Assembly: GCA_002189035.1 (NCBI GenBank)
Contig: NEEC01000004.1
Coordinates: 5,394,001 to 5,458,000 of the forward strand
Length of the DNA stretch: 64,000 bases
Direction: 5' to 3'
From: Utricularia gibba
Lineage: Eukaryota > Plantae > Magnoliophyta
Made by a program: the position numbers and the translations under genes. The notes beneath the pieces were generated by a model. That model ran no database searches. It was not told the origin of the DNA and worked only from the letters and a program-made list of their open reading frames with translations. This document shows positions 1-11,924 of the stretch, one piece after another (the first letter of the stretch is position 1; each line of letters starts with the position of its first letter).

Positions 1-3000
1 GGTAAGAACAATTGGGATAACCGTGGTCGTGGTAGGGGACGTTGGTCCTATCGAGGGAGAGGTTCAGGGCGTTGGAATTCATCTAATGACGTGAAGGAGA
101 ATGCCTCCTTTCATCAGAACAGAGGACGTGGGAATTGGCGCGGAAGAGGTGGTCATGGCAAGCAAAATGGGGGCATTGATTCTAAGAAAAATAAGGCTAA
201 TGTAGAATGTTATACATGTCATAAGAAGGGCCATTACTCTTGGGAGTGTCATAATGCGGAAGAGCAGAATAATTTGCTTGTCGAACATACAGAGGAGACT
301 ACTGAATCACCTATTTTATTGATGGCTAAAAACGTGTCCAACGATGATATTGCAAGTTGGTACCTAGATTCTGGAGCCAGTAATCATATGACTGGGCACA
401 AGAGTTTGTTTTATACCCTTGAAGAAACGTATCGTGGCCTAGTTCATCTTGGAGATTCTACAAAGATCACTGTGAAGGGAAAAGGCGATGTTCTTTTTTC
501 TCTAACGGATGGCAGTCATAAATTAATTTCAGATGTTTGGTATGTTCCTGGTTTACGGTATAATATCTTGAGTCTTGGCCAGTTGTTGGAAAAAGGCTTT
601 ACAATGCTCTTAGAAAATCGACAGTTGCTGTTGATGGACATCAATAAGAAAGTCTTAGCATCCGTAAAGATGAAAGAAAACAGAATGTTTTCATTAGAGT
701 GTAACTCTGTTTTCCCAACATGTCTGAAAATATGTTATAGGCAAGAAGCTTGGACATGGCACCTACGGTTTGGACATATTAATTTCCAAAATTTGAGGAA
801 ACTTGGAAGCAACAAGATGGTCAAAGGTTTGCCTGTGATTTCACATCCAAACCAGATATGTGAAGGGTGTGTTCTTGGCAAACAAACTCGGACTGAAATT
901 CCAAAGGTGACATGGTCGCGTGCTACAAAACCTTTAGAGTTAATCCATGGAGACGTATGTGGACCGATCAAACCTCCCACGATCGGTCACAACAATTATT
1001 TTCTCCTGTTTGTTGATGATTTCAGCAGGAAAATGTGGATTTATTTCATGAAGAATAAATCGGAAGTCTATGGACTCTTCAAGGAATTTTTGACGATGGT
1101 TGAAAAACAGAGCGGCTTATCAGTCAAGTGCTTAAGAACAGATCGAGGAGGTGAATTTACTCCTAACAGTTTCATTGATTTTTGCAAGTCACTTGGGATA
1201 CACAAGTCTCTGACCGCAGCTAAGACACCACAACAAAACGGTGTTGTTGAGAGGAGGAATCGCGTCATTCTTGATATGGTGAGATGCCTTCTGAAAACCA
1301 AACAGATGCCCAAGGAGTTTTGGGGTGATGCTGCTGCCACATCAGTTTATATTTTGAATCGAACCCCATCCCGAAGTGTAGTGGGAATGACGCCGCAAGA
1401 AGCATGGAATGGAATTAAACCATCAGTTTCTCATATGAGAATTTTCGGATCCATTGCCTATGTACACCAACCGGATGATGAACGCACGAAACTGGACGAC
1501 AAAGCTCAAAAAATGGTGTTTATTGGCTATGATCAGACCTCAAAGACTTATCGCTTATTTGATCCTAAACTGAAAAAGGTTCGCTTGAGTAGGGATGTCA
1601 CTTTTGATGAATCTTCAAGCTGGGACTGGAAGTCTCTTTCAGACAATGATCCTTCATATAAGTCTTTTGATTTTAATTGGGAAATAGAAGGACGAGAGCC
1701 ATTGATGGATGATGCTGAAGCCATTAATCATCCTATCTCTCATGAAGAAGAAACAGAGTCTCCTGTGGATACGAGAGTTGAAAATCCATCAGTGGTGAAT
1801 AGAGGTCATAGATCAAGGAGACTTCCAAGCCGTTTTACTGATTTTGCCGTTGATCTACCGCCCTCGTTGTTACCCGAGACGAGCCATGATCTGTTACGTG
1901 AGGTTCAGAACTTTTCTCATTTCTGTCTTTTTGTTGAGACAGAGCCTCTGGACTTCTTTGAAGCTGAAAAATCCCCTGATTGGCGTACTGCAATGGATGA
2001 GGAAATCCATGCGATAGAGAAGAATCAAACTTGGAGTCTGGTGGAGAGGCCTTCTGATAAGACCGTCATAGGTGTAAAATGGGTCTATAAAGTGAAGCGG
2101 AAGGCAGATGGAAGTGTGGATCGATTGAAAGCAAGGTTGGTTGCCAAAGGGTACAAACAGAAAGCTGGGATTGATTATGATCAAGTATTTGCTCCAGTGG
2201 TGAGGATGGAGACAGTGAGGATTCTTCTTGCATTAGCAGCTCAACTTAAATGGTTTATTTGGCAGTTGGATGTTAAATCGGCTTTCTTGAATGGGATATT
2301 GGATGAAGAAGTGTTTGTGGAACAACCATTAGGATATATCAAGAAGGGAAATGAAGACAAAGTTTTGAAGTTACACAAATCCCTCTACGGGTTGAAACAA
2401 GCACCACGTGCTTGGAATCAGCGCATTGATGCATATCTCAAAGGCATGGAATTTATTCAATGTCCACATGAGCACTCCTTGTACATCCGACAGAAGAAGC
2501 TCACAGAAATGATGATCGTGTGTATCTATGTTGATGATTTATTAGTCACTGGAGGGAGTGAGTCTGAGATTGCAAAATTCAAGAAGAATATGAATGAAGA
2601 ATTCGAGATGACCGATGCTGGAAAAATGCATTTCTATTTGGGTATTGAAGTGAAGCAATCAGCCCAAGGAATTTTCATCACTCAAAAACGTATGGTGCAG
2701 AATTTGTTGGCAAAGTATCATATGGGTGACTGCAACTCGGTTGAGACCCCTTCAGAATTTAATCTGAAGTTGAGTTCCAATGATCCTTCGAAGGAAGTGG
2801 ATGTTACAGCCTTCAAAAGTTTAGTCGGCTCCTTACGGTATATAACCAGCACAAGGCCAGATATTTTATTTGCTGTAGGGTTAGTCTGCAGGTTTATGGA
2901 GAAACCCAGAGAGACCCATCTCAGAGCAGCCAAGCGGATCCTTCGATATCTGAAAGGAACATCAAATTTCGGGATATGGTATGGGGTTTCTGAACCTTTT

Positions 3001-3477
3001 GATCTTGTGGGTTTTAGTGACAGTGATTGGGCTGGAAATGTTGATGATTCCCGAAGTACAACTGGGTTTGCATTTTTTCTGGGTGAATCTGCAATTGTGT
3101 GGAATTCTAAGAAGCAACCCATCGTTACCTTGTCAACATGCGAGGCTGAGTACGTTGCTGCCAGTGCTTGTGTTTGTCACGCAATTTGGCTGAGGTATGT
3201 TCTTCAGAACCTCGGTTTGAAAGGTGAGAAGCCAACGGTGGTGCATATTGATAATAAATCCGCGATTGCTCTTGGTAAAAATCCTGTTTTCCATGCTCGT
3301 AGTAAGCATATTGGGACTCGGTTTCATTTCATTCGTGATTGTGTGAAAGATGGACAGATTGAATTGTGTTATGTTAAGAGTGATGATCAAATAGCAGATA
3401 TCTTCACTAAGCCTTTGAAGATTGGGGCTTTTCTGCGTTTGAGGAATCTGCTTGGAGTCAAGAAGCTTCTTGTTTAA
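1..3477 (+). CDS. Copia gag-pol polyprotein, frame open from base 1
   Basis: RG-rich gag, zinc knuckle CYTCHKKGHYSWEC, protease WYLDSGASNHMTG, WHLRFGH pre-integrase, integrase D,D,E (HGDVCGP/RTDRGGEF/NGVVERRN), RT YVDD, RNase H (FSDSDWAG...DIFTKPL). No stops or frameshifts. Confidence 0.97.
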   Translation, partial: GKNNWDNRGRGRGRWSYRGRGSGRWNSSNDVKENASFHQNRGRGNWRGRGGHGKQNGGIDSKKNKANVECYTCHKKGHYSWECHNAEEQNNLLVEHTEETTESPILLMAKNVSNDDIASWYLDSGASNHMTGHKSLFYTLEETYRGLVHLGDSTKITVKGKGDVLFSLTDGSHKLISDVWYVPGLRYNILSLGQLLEKGFTMLLENRQLLLMDINKKVLASVKMKENRMFSLECNSVFPTCLKICYRQEAWTWHLRFGHINFQNLRKLGSNKMVKGLPVISHPNQICEGCVLGKQTRTEIPKVTWSRATKPLELIHGDVCGPIKPPTIGHNNYFLLFVDDFSRKMWIYFMKNKSEVYGLFKEFLTMVEKQSGLSVKCLRTDRGGEFTPNSFIDFCKSLGIHKSLTAAKTPQQNGVVERRNRVILDMVRCLLKTKQMPKEFWGDAAATSVYILNRTPSRSVVGMTPQEAWNGIKPSVSHMRIFGSIAYVHQPDDERTKLDDKAQKMVFIGYDQTSKTYRLFDPKLKKVRLSRDVTFDESSSWDWKSLSDNDPSYKSFDFNWEIEGREPLMDDAEAINHPISHEEETESPVDTRVENPSVVNRGHRSRRLPSRFTDFAVDLPPSLLPETSHDLLREVQNFSHFCLFVETEPLDFFEAEKSPDWRTAMDEEIHAIEKNQTWSLVERPSDKTVIGVKWVYKVKRKADGSVDRLKARLVAKGYKQKAGIDYDQVFAPVVRMETVRILLALAAQLKWFIWQLDVKSAFLNGILDEEVFVEQPLGYIKKGNEDKVLKLHKSLYGLKQAPRAWNQRIDAYLKGMEFIQCPHEHSLYIRQKKLTEMMIVCIYVDDLLVTGGSESEIAKFKKNMNEEFEMTDAGKMHFYLGIEVKQSAQGIFITQKRMVQNLLAKYHMGDCNSVETPSEFNLKLSSNDPSKEVDVTAFKSLVGSLRYITSTRPDILFAVGLVCRFMEKPRETHLRAAKRILRYLKGTSNFGIWYGVSEPFDLVGFSDSDWAGNVDDSRSTTGFAFFLGESAIVWNSKKQPIVTLSTCEAEYVAASACVCHAIWLRYVLQNLGLKGEKPTVVHIDNKSAIALGKNPVFHARSKHIGTRFHFIRDCVKDGQIELCYVKSDDQIADIFTKPLKIGAFLRLRNLLGVKKLLV

Positions 3478-3484
3478 GGGAGGA
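3476..3484 (+). promoter_or_regulatory. Polypurine tract of the copia element
   Basis: AAGGGAGGA immediately before the TG of the LTR. Confidence 0.85.
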
Positions 3485-3742
3485 TGTTGAAGATACACAA
3501 GAAGACTTCTGCCGACTGATTGTTGGAAGTTAGTATGGTTATAGAATAATAGGTTGTTGTAACTGCTTGTAGCAGTTTTATGTTTTAGATAAGGATGATG
3601 AATTACTATTTAATGTAGACAACTCTAAGGTGGTTTAATAGAAAATACATTTTCTGGAGCAAGTGTTGTTTTCGTTGCTCTTACTCTGGTTTTGAAGTAT
3701 CTTGTTGTGTTCTTCTCTTCTGTTTTTACTCCTCATCCAACA
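3485..3742 (+). repeat. 3' LTR (258 bp)
   Basis: Starts TGTTG right after the PPT and ends CAACA (5-bp terminal inverted repeat). The following GACAT is the candidate TSD. The partner LTR is not visible. Confidence 0.8.
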
Positions 3743-5707
3743 GACATCTCATGGTGCCTAATCCACAAATATAAAGTATGTTCCGTACACATTATCAAAA
3801 TGAGAATAAAATTTAAAGCCTTCTAAAAAATTTCAAAAAAGGTTCCAAAAGGAAAAAAAAAAAAAATGTCTTGTTGTAATATTAGAAATTCAGTTGTAAC
3901 AGTACATAAATAATATTTTTACTCCTTGTATAAAAAAGAGAATTTGAGAATTATTCTGTATTTACTCTTTTTTGGACGATTCTTCTTCGTTTGTGAACAT
4001 CATCACCTTGAATTATTGCGTTCGGATTCGTCCCCGGCCCCTGGACACAATAACTTTCAGCATTGTGTTGGTCGCGAAAGAAAAGCAGGGTTATTTTGCA
4101 TCTTCATCCAGTGACGACCAACGATTTTCTTTCTTTTCCCGGCGAGAAACCATGTGGCAAAGCAGTATCATGATGGCTTGAATTGGTGTTAGTTGTTGCT
4201 TCTGAAACTGGGTTTTACTTGCCCCTATGATCCTCGGAAGCTTCCACTAGTGTGATCAAGAGGCTTGACATTGAGGGGCGATGAGGAGATGGGCATGAAC
4301 ACAGACGTATAATGAGATAGCAGTAGAAGGAACGTGGCTCGTCGTTAGCTGCAGTTATCAGATTGCGTTGCCTCTCGCAGTCCTCCACTGCATCGCGTTG
4401 TTAATGTCATTTATTACCACAGAATGAGTACCTCATGCACGTTAGCAATCTTAATTAACAACAGCGTTACGTAGAGTGGGCTACGTCATGTCGTTTTTAC
4501 GCTCGACCCTAAATAATGTGTTGTAATAATCCACAACCATATCATGGTAGTTTAATGCTCACAGATTCTGCTTCAAGCTATGACTAAACACCCTAGGGAA
4601 TCAACCAATCTCTAGCGCAGTTCTTCAACTTTCTCACACGCAGTTACCCGCTTGCCCACAGACTGCACATTTGGCACCAAGGATTCTGATTTCTGAACAG
4701 AAGAGATGTCATTCGGAACCCAATGACATCCCTCCTGCTCATCGGATCCTGAGCTTGAACACAAGATCTGTAGCGGGAGTGGCTAGGACATGAACAACCG
4801 CGGTGGTTGGGCGTAGGGCTGTAATAATCTGCGTGATCTCGGAGATGGGAAGAAGAAGACAAGGGTGAAGTTGCAAGGAATGCTAGGCGGTGGTGAGTGT
4901 AGGGTGATGGCCACTTGGAGGGAGACGCCTGGTCCCTGAATTTATTCACTGCGCACACCTTTTCAAACACGTCTGCATCCTTTCCCACCCCACCCAACCT
5001 AACCTCCAGCTACTTGCCCGATACACTGCAGCAGGATGCGCATTCTGGAATCGAAGGAGCTCCAAAATTACCCATTCATCGCGTCATCAATGGGATTCCA
5101 GGAAGAGATTTTAGGAACTCGGTTTTGTTCAGATACAGTAGGGTTGGTGAAGATGCTGGCTTTATGTCCCATCGTCGTCAGCAGTACATGACATCAGCAA
5201 CTTATTTTCCTTTTATTTATTTTTTTTAATTTCTGTATATTTTTAAATTAGGAGCCCTAAACCACCACAGGGATTTTTCTCAGATGCACGTGCCGAGGCC
5301 CAAATTGTATTGGGCTCTTTCGGCTTTGCATTGGGCTTAATTCACATTATACATAACTGCTCATGCCTAAAAGTGGATTTTGCACGGGAGGCCCGCCCAT
5401 TAATTCACCCTTCTTTTTATAGCATGTAAATCGAGGCAAATCCAGAATTCTAGTAATTATGGGCCGTTCAAAGAAAAAACTGAAAGTAGTGGGATCGCAT
5501 TGTAATTATTGGAAGATGGTGTCCCCAGGTTTGAATAGTGAACAAATCCTTCGTGTATGCTCAGATGAACAATCCCAAGAAACTGCAGATTGAATGAATG
5601 GCGCAGTGAAGGTAGAACGTAACTCCTACAAACCTCTGGCATTCCTTCATTGAATTCCAAATCTCTTCGCCTGCTGTGACTAAGTGTGAAACTGCTCTTC
5701 CCCTGTC

Positions 5708-5714
5708 TATATAA
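5708..5714 (+). promoter_or_regulatory. TATA box of the EC1 gene
   Basis: TATATAA about 50 bp upstream of ATG 5762. Confidence 0.55.
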
Positions 5715-5761
5715 GCAGCTTATCATCTAGTGGATCATGTAAAAAGCAAGCCTTGGAAACC

Positions 5762-6154
5762 ATGGATTCCACGTCCAAGCTACTTCCAGTTCTTATTGTT
5801 CTCTGCCTGTTTGCATCATCCAACACCGCAACGGGCAGGAGGCTCGATATGAAGCCACTGTCTTCGTTGTCGTCTCTGGCAGTCCGACTGAAGTTGGAGG
5901 AAGTGGAGGGATCATCTAATTGTTGGGACTCTCTGCTGCAACTCCAGTCCTGCACTGCTGAAGTCCTGCTGTTTTTCCTCAATGGTGAGACATATCTAGG
6001 GCCGGGTTGCTGCCGGGCAATCAAAGTGATCGAGCACGAGTGCTGGCCGTCCATGCTTGGTTCCCTTGGCTACACATCGGAGGAAGGAGATGTCCTACTT
6101 GGCTACTGTGATGCTAGCTCTGCTGTGCCGCCGCCACCGCCTAAGACTCACTGA
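5762..6154 (+). CDS. EC1: Egg cell-secreted protein 1 (EC1-like, prolamin-like/DUF784)
   Basis: Intronless. Signal peptide, LAVRLK motif, six-Cys pattern CWDSLLQLQSCTAEVLLFFLNGETYLGPGCCRAI..ECWPSMLGSLGYT.EEGDVL.GYC. Confidence 0.93.
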   Translation: MDSTSKLLPVLIVLCLFASSNTATGRRLDMKPLSSLSSLAVRLKLEEVEGSSNCWDSLLQLQSCTAEVLLFFLNGETYLGPGCCRAIKVIEHECWPSMLGSLGYTSEEGDVLLGYCDASSAVPPPPPKTH

Positions 6155-6317
6155 ACATCTCGCTCTAACATATTGTTGCACTGAAGTAACAGATGTGTAG
6201 TTTTCTAAATTTCTAATGTAATAAGCTTTTACCCCACGGTTCTTGATATTCTGAAGATCAAAGTGAACCAGTAAAACTTAACTTGCAACAGCATGAACTT
6301 CACAACAAAACTTCCCA

Positions 6318-9300
6318 TCACAGAACAGACATCAGGCTGCTTTTAAAACTACATATTCCCATGCGAGACTTGGGAGCAAGCTTGAGGTTGAAAATATCTT
6401 CAGAAGGAAGGTGGCCCGGTTCAATAAATCCGAGCAGCTTTGCAACAAGATATGCACTTCTTGTAGCATGATCGATGCTATCGGTTTTGCTCCATACCTG
6501 GTGAGCCAACTTTAGCCTTCTCACTTTGGTGTTGAGATCAATTCCCCACTCCAGAAAGAGGGACTCACGCTCTTGCTCTGAAAACTTCTTCGACATCTGA
6601 TGACTCAGCATTCGCCTCTCTTGACGTAGTGCACTGGCGCTGTTCTTCGTGGAAAATATATCAAATTACTGAGAGAAGGAGAAGCAAGTCTGATGACTAA
6701 CTTGCCTGGAAGAACGTGTTAGGCACCTTAGATTTGCTTTAGCTGTCACCCCACGAGGGGATTTATCTTCCAAGAACTTGATTCTCCTGATTTCCAGCTC
6801 CATGTATATGGCATCGGCAGGATCCCTCGGAAAAGCAAGAAAAAGTACGTTCTGTGTGCGAGTGATATATTGTAAACATGCCAAAGCTGAATTATTTCTC
6901 TCTGGAGTCTTTTGAACTCAATTGGCCAACTGGTAAGTCCTCTTAGCTCATCTTTGTTCGCAGATGCTTCCGTGACATTCAATGCTGTATGCTCACCCTC
7001 CTTCGATGAACCATCTTCTACCTGCACAAAAGATTCCAAGTAAGAGAAATGATACAAAAAGACAAGCAGGTTCTCTAGTTTCCTGTGTTGTGGTCATGAG
7101 CATTTAAAACCTTTGCATTTGGGGTGTTGATTTCACTGTCAAGTGTAATTTCTGGAAGCATTTGAAGGTACTTTCTTGATAAAATTTCCTCACAAGGAGC
7201 TTCTTCAGATACATGTATTTCAATTTGACCAATCTCAGTTTCTTTCTCAAATCTCTTGTATTCGCTCATTTTTAGAGGAGAAGCTGTTTCTCTGCTGATA
7301 CTTTCTGTGCAGCTTTTGCATCTGGTTAGCTTCAAGAATACACCATCCATCTTAAGCCGATGCCTTGAAGGCTGAATTTCCAGAGATGCAATATCAAGGT
7401 ATTGAATGGAGCTGTACTTTTTCCCATTCGGTGTACTGGTGCTCGATGAAGTTACACTTCCCTTCACTTCATCATCGTCCTTTAAGTCCGATTTCATCGA
7501 AGCAGAGTCTTTCATCGGAGGACTAAATTCAGGAAGGCTGTTGGTAACATGTGCTTCAGCATGAAATCTCGGAACTGAATATGAGAAACTAGATCCTGGG
7601 CGCCTTCATGGCTGATATAATGGAGCTCCCTGCACTCATCCATGGCGATGTGGTTGCTTTGCAGCTCAATCTCGTCACCAACAGGACCTGCACACTCATA
7701 GTCACTAGAATGTGGGCTGCTTATTAAAGCCCTTGGACCCGCAGTGATGCCTGAATGCCCCTCACTGTATAAAACTTTAGCAAAATGATCCTTGAGCTGC
7801 TCCTACAAAGCATAAAAGCCTCTAGATCCTGGATTTCGGAATCTGGAGATGCCTGCACTCTGATTTGTGGGTAGTCTCTGGGTTCCATCTGAAGAGATGA
7901 ATCCGCAAATTGATCAACAGAGGAGAATGGCTGGTACATGAATAGGATACGTATGAATGAATAATTACATACTTGCATTGCGGCTCTTGCATCTCCTTCC
8001 AGCATGTCCAGACATTCTTTGACTTGAGATTGCGCAATGTCTCTTTGCAGAATCAGAGCTTTGATCTCCTTCTCAAGCTGCATGGAATAAAATAAACGTC
8101 AAATAAACACTCTGATTGAAGAACACCCCACCACCTTCACTCAAAAAAAACTTGATTTCAAGAAACATTATGATCAGTTACCCTGTCGATTTGAGTGTCT
8201 TTCTTCTTGATTATAATGGCATTGCTCGACTGGCTGTTCCTTAGCTCACTTTCTAGCCTTGCAACCTCCTTCTTCAAACGCCTCACTACTGCCTTATCTT
8301 TGACAGTGACATTGACTTGCACGTTCGCTGACATTTTCATGGTGCATTGTGCAAAGAGAAGTGTGTCATGAGCTTCCTCGATGCAACTACGAGCAGGGCT
8401 CATTGTGCAGATGAGAGCTGTCCGAGCATTTTCTCTATGAGATATATGCAGAAACCCCATTAACACAGAATCTCTGGAAGGGAAGTGACTACAGTATTCC
8501 TTGCTGCAAGGAGATGTACATATAACCATTAACGACAAAAGCCACACAAATGCATTGTTTGTAAGGGAGGATACTACACTAGTTACCTCAGCATAGGTGT
8601 GTCTCCTTCTGAATGCGGCAAACCATGGTTCATTTGGGAGCAATCATCCACTGTCGTGTGCTCAATAGCAGCCAGATCAACGAAGTCCTGGGATGAGACT
8701 AAGTATTATAAGTATCAAAATCAGTAGCTCCTTAACTGTCATCCTACAATTGCTGTTACAAAGAAAGCATACCAAAGAAGCAGCAAGTGTACAGATGTTA
8801 TTTCCCTTGCCCCGGAGCACCTTTTCCGAGCTTTCAACTGTCTGCAAGATAAAGTGAATGAAATATGTATGTGCTGCAGCTGCAAGAAAATGATGTTGCG
8901 GGAGGTGGAGACAAGTACCAGTCTGATTATATGTTGGGACAGAGGGCTCGTTTCATTAACCAATGCTTCCCCATTCCATTTTTCCTCTAGAAAATCCGAG
9001 CAGCAATTGAAAACAGGGTTCTGTTGAAATTCTTCACTGCAACAGAGTTCGAAAAGACTTACCTAGAAAGCTTGAGACCAGCTGAGTTGCATGATCTCTC
9101 TCCCTCAGTGTTTCTTCTTTAAAAATCTCCACCATTTTTCCTTTCTGTATATTTGTTTTTCGTAGAGGTTATCAGTTGATGACAAAATCATCCTATCCAA
9201 CACGAATGAAAGAAGTAAAAATACCGCTGGATCCAATGCAGAGTCACATGATACCCCCAAGGCAGACAACTTCAGGACAAAGTCTCTTTCTGGATGCTGA

Positions 9301-10017
9301 AACATTAAGCATCATCAGAATACGCCAAATCAGTTCATGAACTGTATCATCATTCATTGAGACTCACCTTTTCTAGATAGTCATAAATATCAGCGATAGT
9401 ATACACAATAATCCCCTTCAAAGTGTAAGTCTTTCCGCTTCGTGGTTTCCCGTAGACGAAAATGTTTGCTGAAGAGGGTAAGAAGTAAGTCAGGATTTAG
9501 TGCAGCAACAGAGACAAAACAAGTGCCCTTACAGTTCACCCCATTGACGACTGAAAGGACAACATCCTTAACTCCTTGCTCGTAAACATCAAGTGTTGAG
9601 CAATCATCCCTAAACACCCTATCTGAGAAGAAGACGTCAGAATCAGTATCTTAAAATAGCACACCCTTATCGAAAGCAATTCCCTCTTCTAGTTTTTTAT
9701 CCATTCGTTTCATATGGGATCTTATGTTTCGGCACACACATCTGGAGACCCAAAGAGGTAAGCATCACAGTAGTATTGAAGAATCAAGCAATCGGTAAGA
9801 GAATTCCCTCACCAAATGTGTATGAAGTGGGATACATCGACTTCTCAGATGCAAGAAAACTGAAATTCTTGCAGAGTATAGTATTCTGATTGATGCATTC
9901 CCAATCCGAAACATCGTTGTTCGTAATTTCTTCATCGTTTAAGGGCCTTATCCTGACTGACACAAAAGCCTTTTCCTTGTTCCCTATCATCATCGCCCCT
10001 TCACTCTCCATGATCAT
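6318..10017 (-). CDS. Kinesin-7 (NACK/CENP-E-like) family protein with degenerate motor motifs and DUF3490-type tail; three apparent -1 frame breaks in the tail
   Basis: Exons by eye: 10017-9813, 9622-9533, 9468-9368, 9296-9225, 9144-9063, 8986-8919, 8841-8773, 8687-8587, 8503-8182, 8077-7973, 7888-~7111, ~7024-6706, 6639-6318. Diagnostic segments VSVRIRPLN, YPTSYTFDRVF, ARTALICTMSPARS, LKKEVARLESELR, EFKRLQREIIQLW, HRTYFFLLF, DAIYMELEIRR, WGIDLNTKVRRLKL. Confidence 0.88.
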
Positions 10018-11924
10018 GACAGAATCACGCCTTCCAAGTTTCTCAGGCGACCTCCGATCATCATCTTCTTGCAAGAAGGAATCAAAGAATCCTCGGAGGT
10101 GTTTAAGCACTTAAATCTTGGACTTCTACCGTTTCAACCATTTTGCACCGTGATTCGGAGGATACAAAAGGTCAATCTCGGATAACACAACACAAATAAC
10201 TGAAGACAGATTCGGTGCATGTGAGATGCCTGTCGGGATAAAAAAGTGTTCTTGAACAAGACCCATGGGAAAAAAGTCAATTCCTTTGATGGGGCTGATG
10301 TTTCTGGTGCGATGTCAAATCGGAGGCGACATCTGATTTGCACGGGAAACGGAAACCCAATTCCATTAAAGGACTAACACCAAAAAATCGTGCCTTTTTA
10401 TCATCTTTCAAGCAGTCAGGATCCTCCTCCCTACAAAATCCAGCCCCCGGAATGAATCTCCGTCAAAGATTCGTTTTTTTTTTATTTTCTAGAGAGTTAC
10501 GAATTATCATTTACCACCTCCCCGCTGATTTTCACCATTCCGATCATATCGGAGTTAATGGAGTTCAGGCAATCAGCTTCCATGCCTTTTCACTCCGAAA
10601 AGTAAAAAAAGGAAACATTTGGACAACGAACGCACGAAGATATTTCCGCAACCTGCCATAAATGATCATTAATTACACATTTAATATTCTCATAAAGTCC
10701 CATCATATATTTGGAAAATAATTATTTTTTATATTATCCTTAATTATACCACCACCAAAACAAAAACGAAACTGGGTGCTGACTTCAACTCAGTGGCAGG
10801 AGTGACTGCTGAGCCCGGACATGGTTTTGGCAAATTGCTGACGATTATAATTATATTAAATTTAATTCAATTATTATCATATATATTCATGATTGAAAAT
10901 GATAAAAACCCTAACTTTTTAAATATCAATTCCACCGATTTGGACGAATTATTCTTTTCCTTGTCTTAAAAATGACATCATTCAAGTTGATGAAATTAGA
11001 ATATTATGATTCTTTTTAATAGGATATGAAAGCTTGTTTAATATTAAAAAAAATTAATTACATGTTTATAATTATTGATATATAATACAATAGATAAATA
11101 TTCCATCACTTTTCTTATTTAATTATAAATATTTCTATCAAATACCATCAACAATACTTTGTATAAAACATATTCATATCTTTTCGAATCAATTATTTTA
11201 GTATAAATTAATTCCAACTATATTTAATACCATATACAATAAAAGGTACCACCAAAGTATAGCTGTATAGCTCTGTATGTGATGAAATCACGTCATTACC
11301 AACTGCCCTCATCTGTAAAAGACGACCGGCGAGAATCCACCGCATCCAGAACCCAGAAACACGATATACCGACAGAAAAGGGGCCCAGCCCAAGGCCTGA
11401 CCGAAGATCAACCAGGATGGACTCTTCCGTCACTCGCATCGGGTCTCCCTTAACTCCTTTAAGAAATGGGCTCTCTCCTGACAACTCCTATCCAACGGAA
11501 ATGATGGGCCACCCGCTGGATGAGAGAAGCAGAGCGCAGTTCAAGGCGGAAAGACACGCCGGGTGTTCTGTTCGTCTGTTCAGCTAACGCTAGTTGTTCA
11601 TCCGCCATAGTAACCTTTTCCTCCACGCAAACCTCCCCATCATAACTTTGTGCTGCTTAGTCTCAGCTTCTTGATTGTTGTTGCTGTTAGATTTTAGGAG
11701 TTTCTGAGGATATCCCACACTGGTAGCAAATGTGGAGGTTGTCTTCCTGGATGGAATTGGGTTCTGGGATGGTCTTATTATGGAGTATTCAAAGCAATCC
11801 AGTTTAGTTATACACAGTATATGATGTATTGTCCACCCCAGGGAGTACACACCATTACATGAGAACTGGGGTAGGCTACAACACCATCACCATTATTTCC
11901 TCCTGTCGAAAAAAGATGGGATTT

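Larger units (their letters stand above)
1..3742 (+). mobile_element. Ty1/copia LTR retrotransposon, 3' portion (5' LTR and start of gag lie outside the window)
   Basis: A single gag-pol ORF is followed directly by a polypurine tract and a TG...CA-bounded LTR. Domain order PR-INT-RT-RNaseH is diagnostic of copia. Confidence 0.97.

Noticed and set aside
3750-5700. Short ORFs between the LTR and EC1
   Set aside because: No family motifs recognised; could not support a gene model
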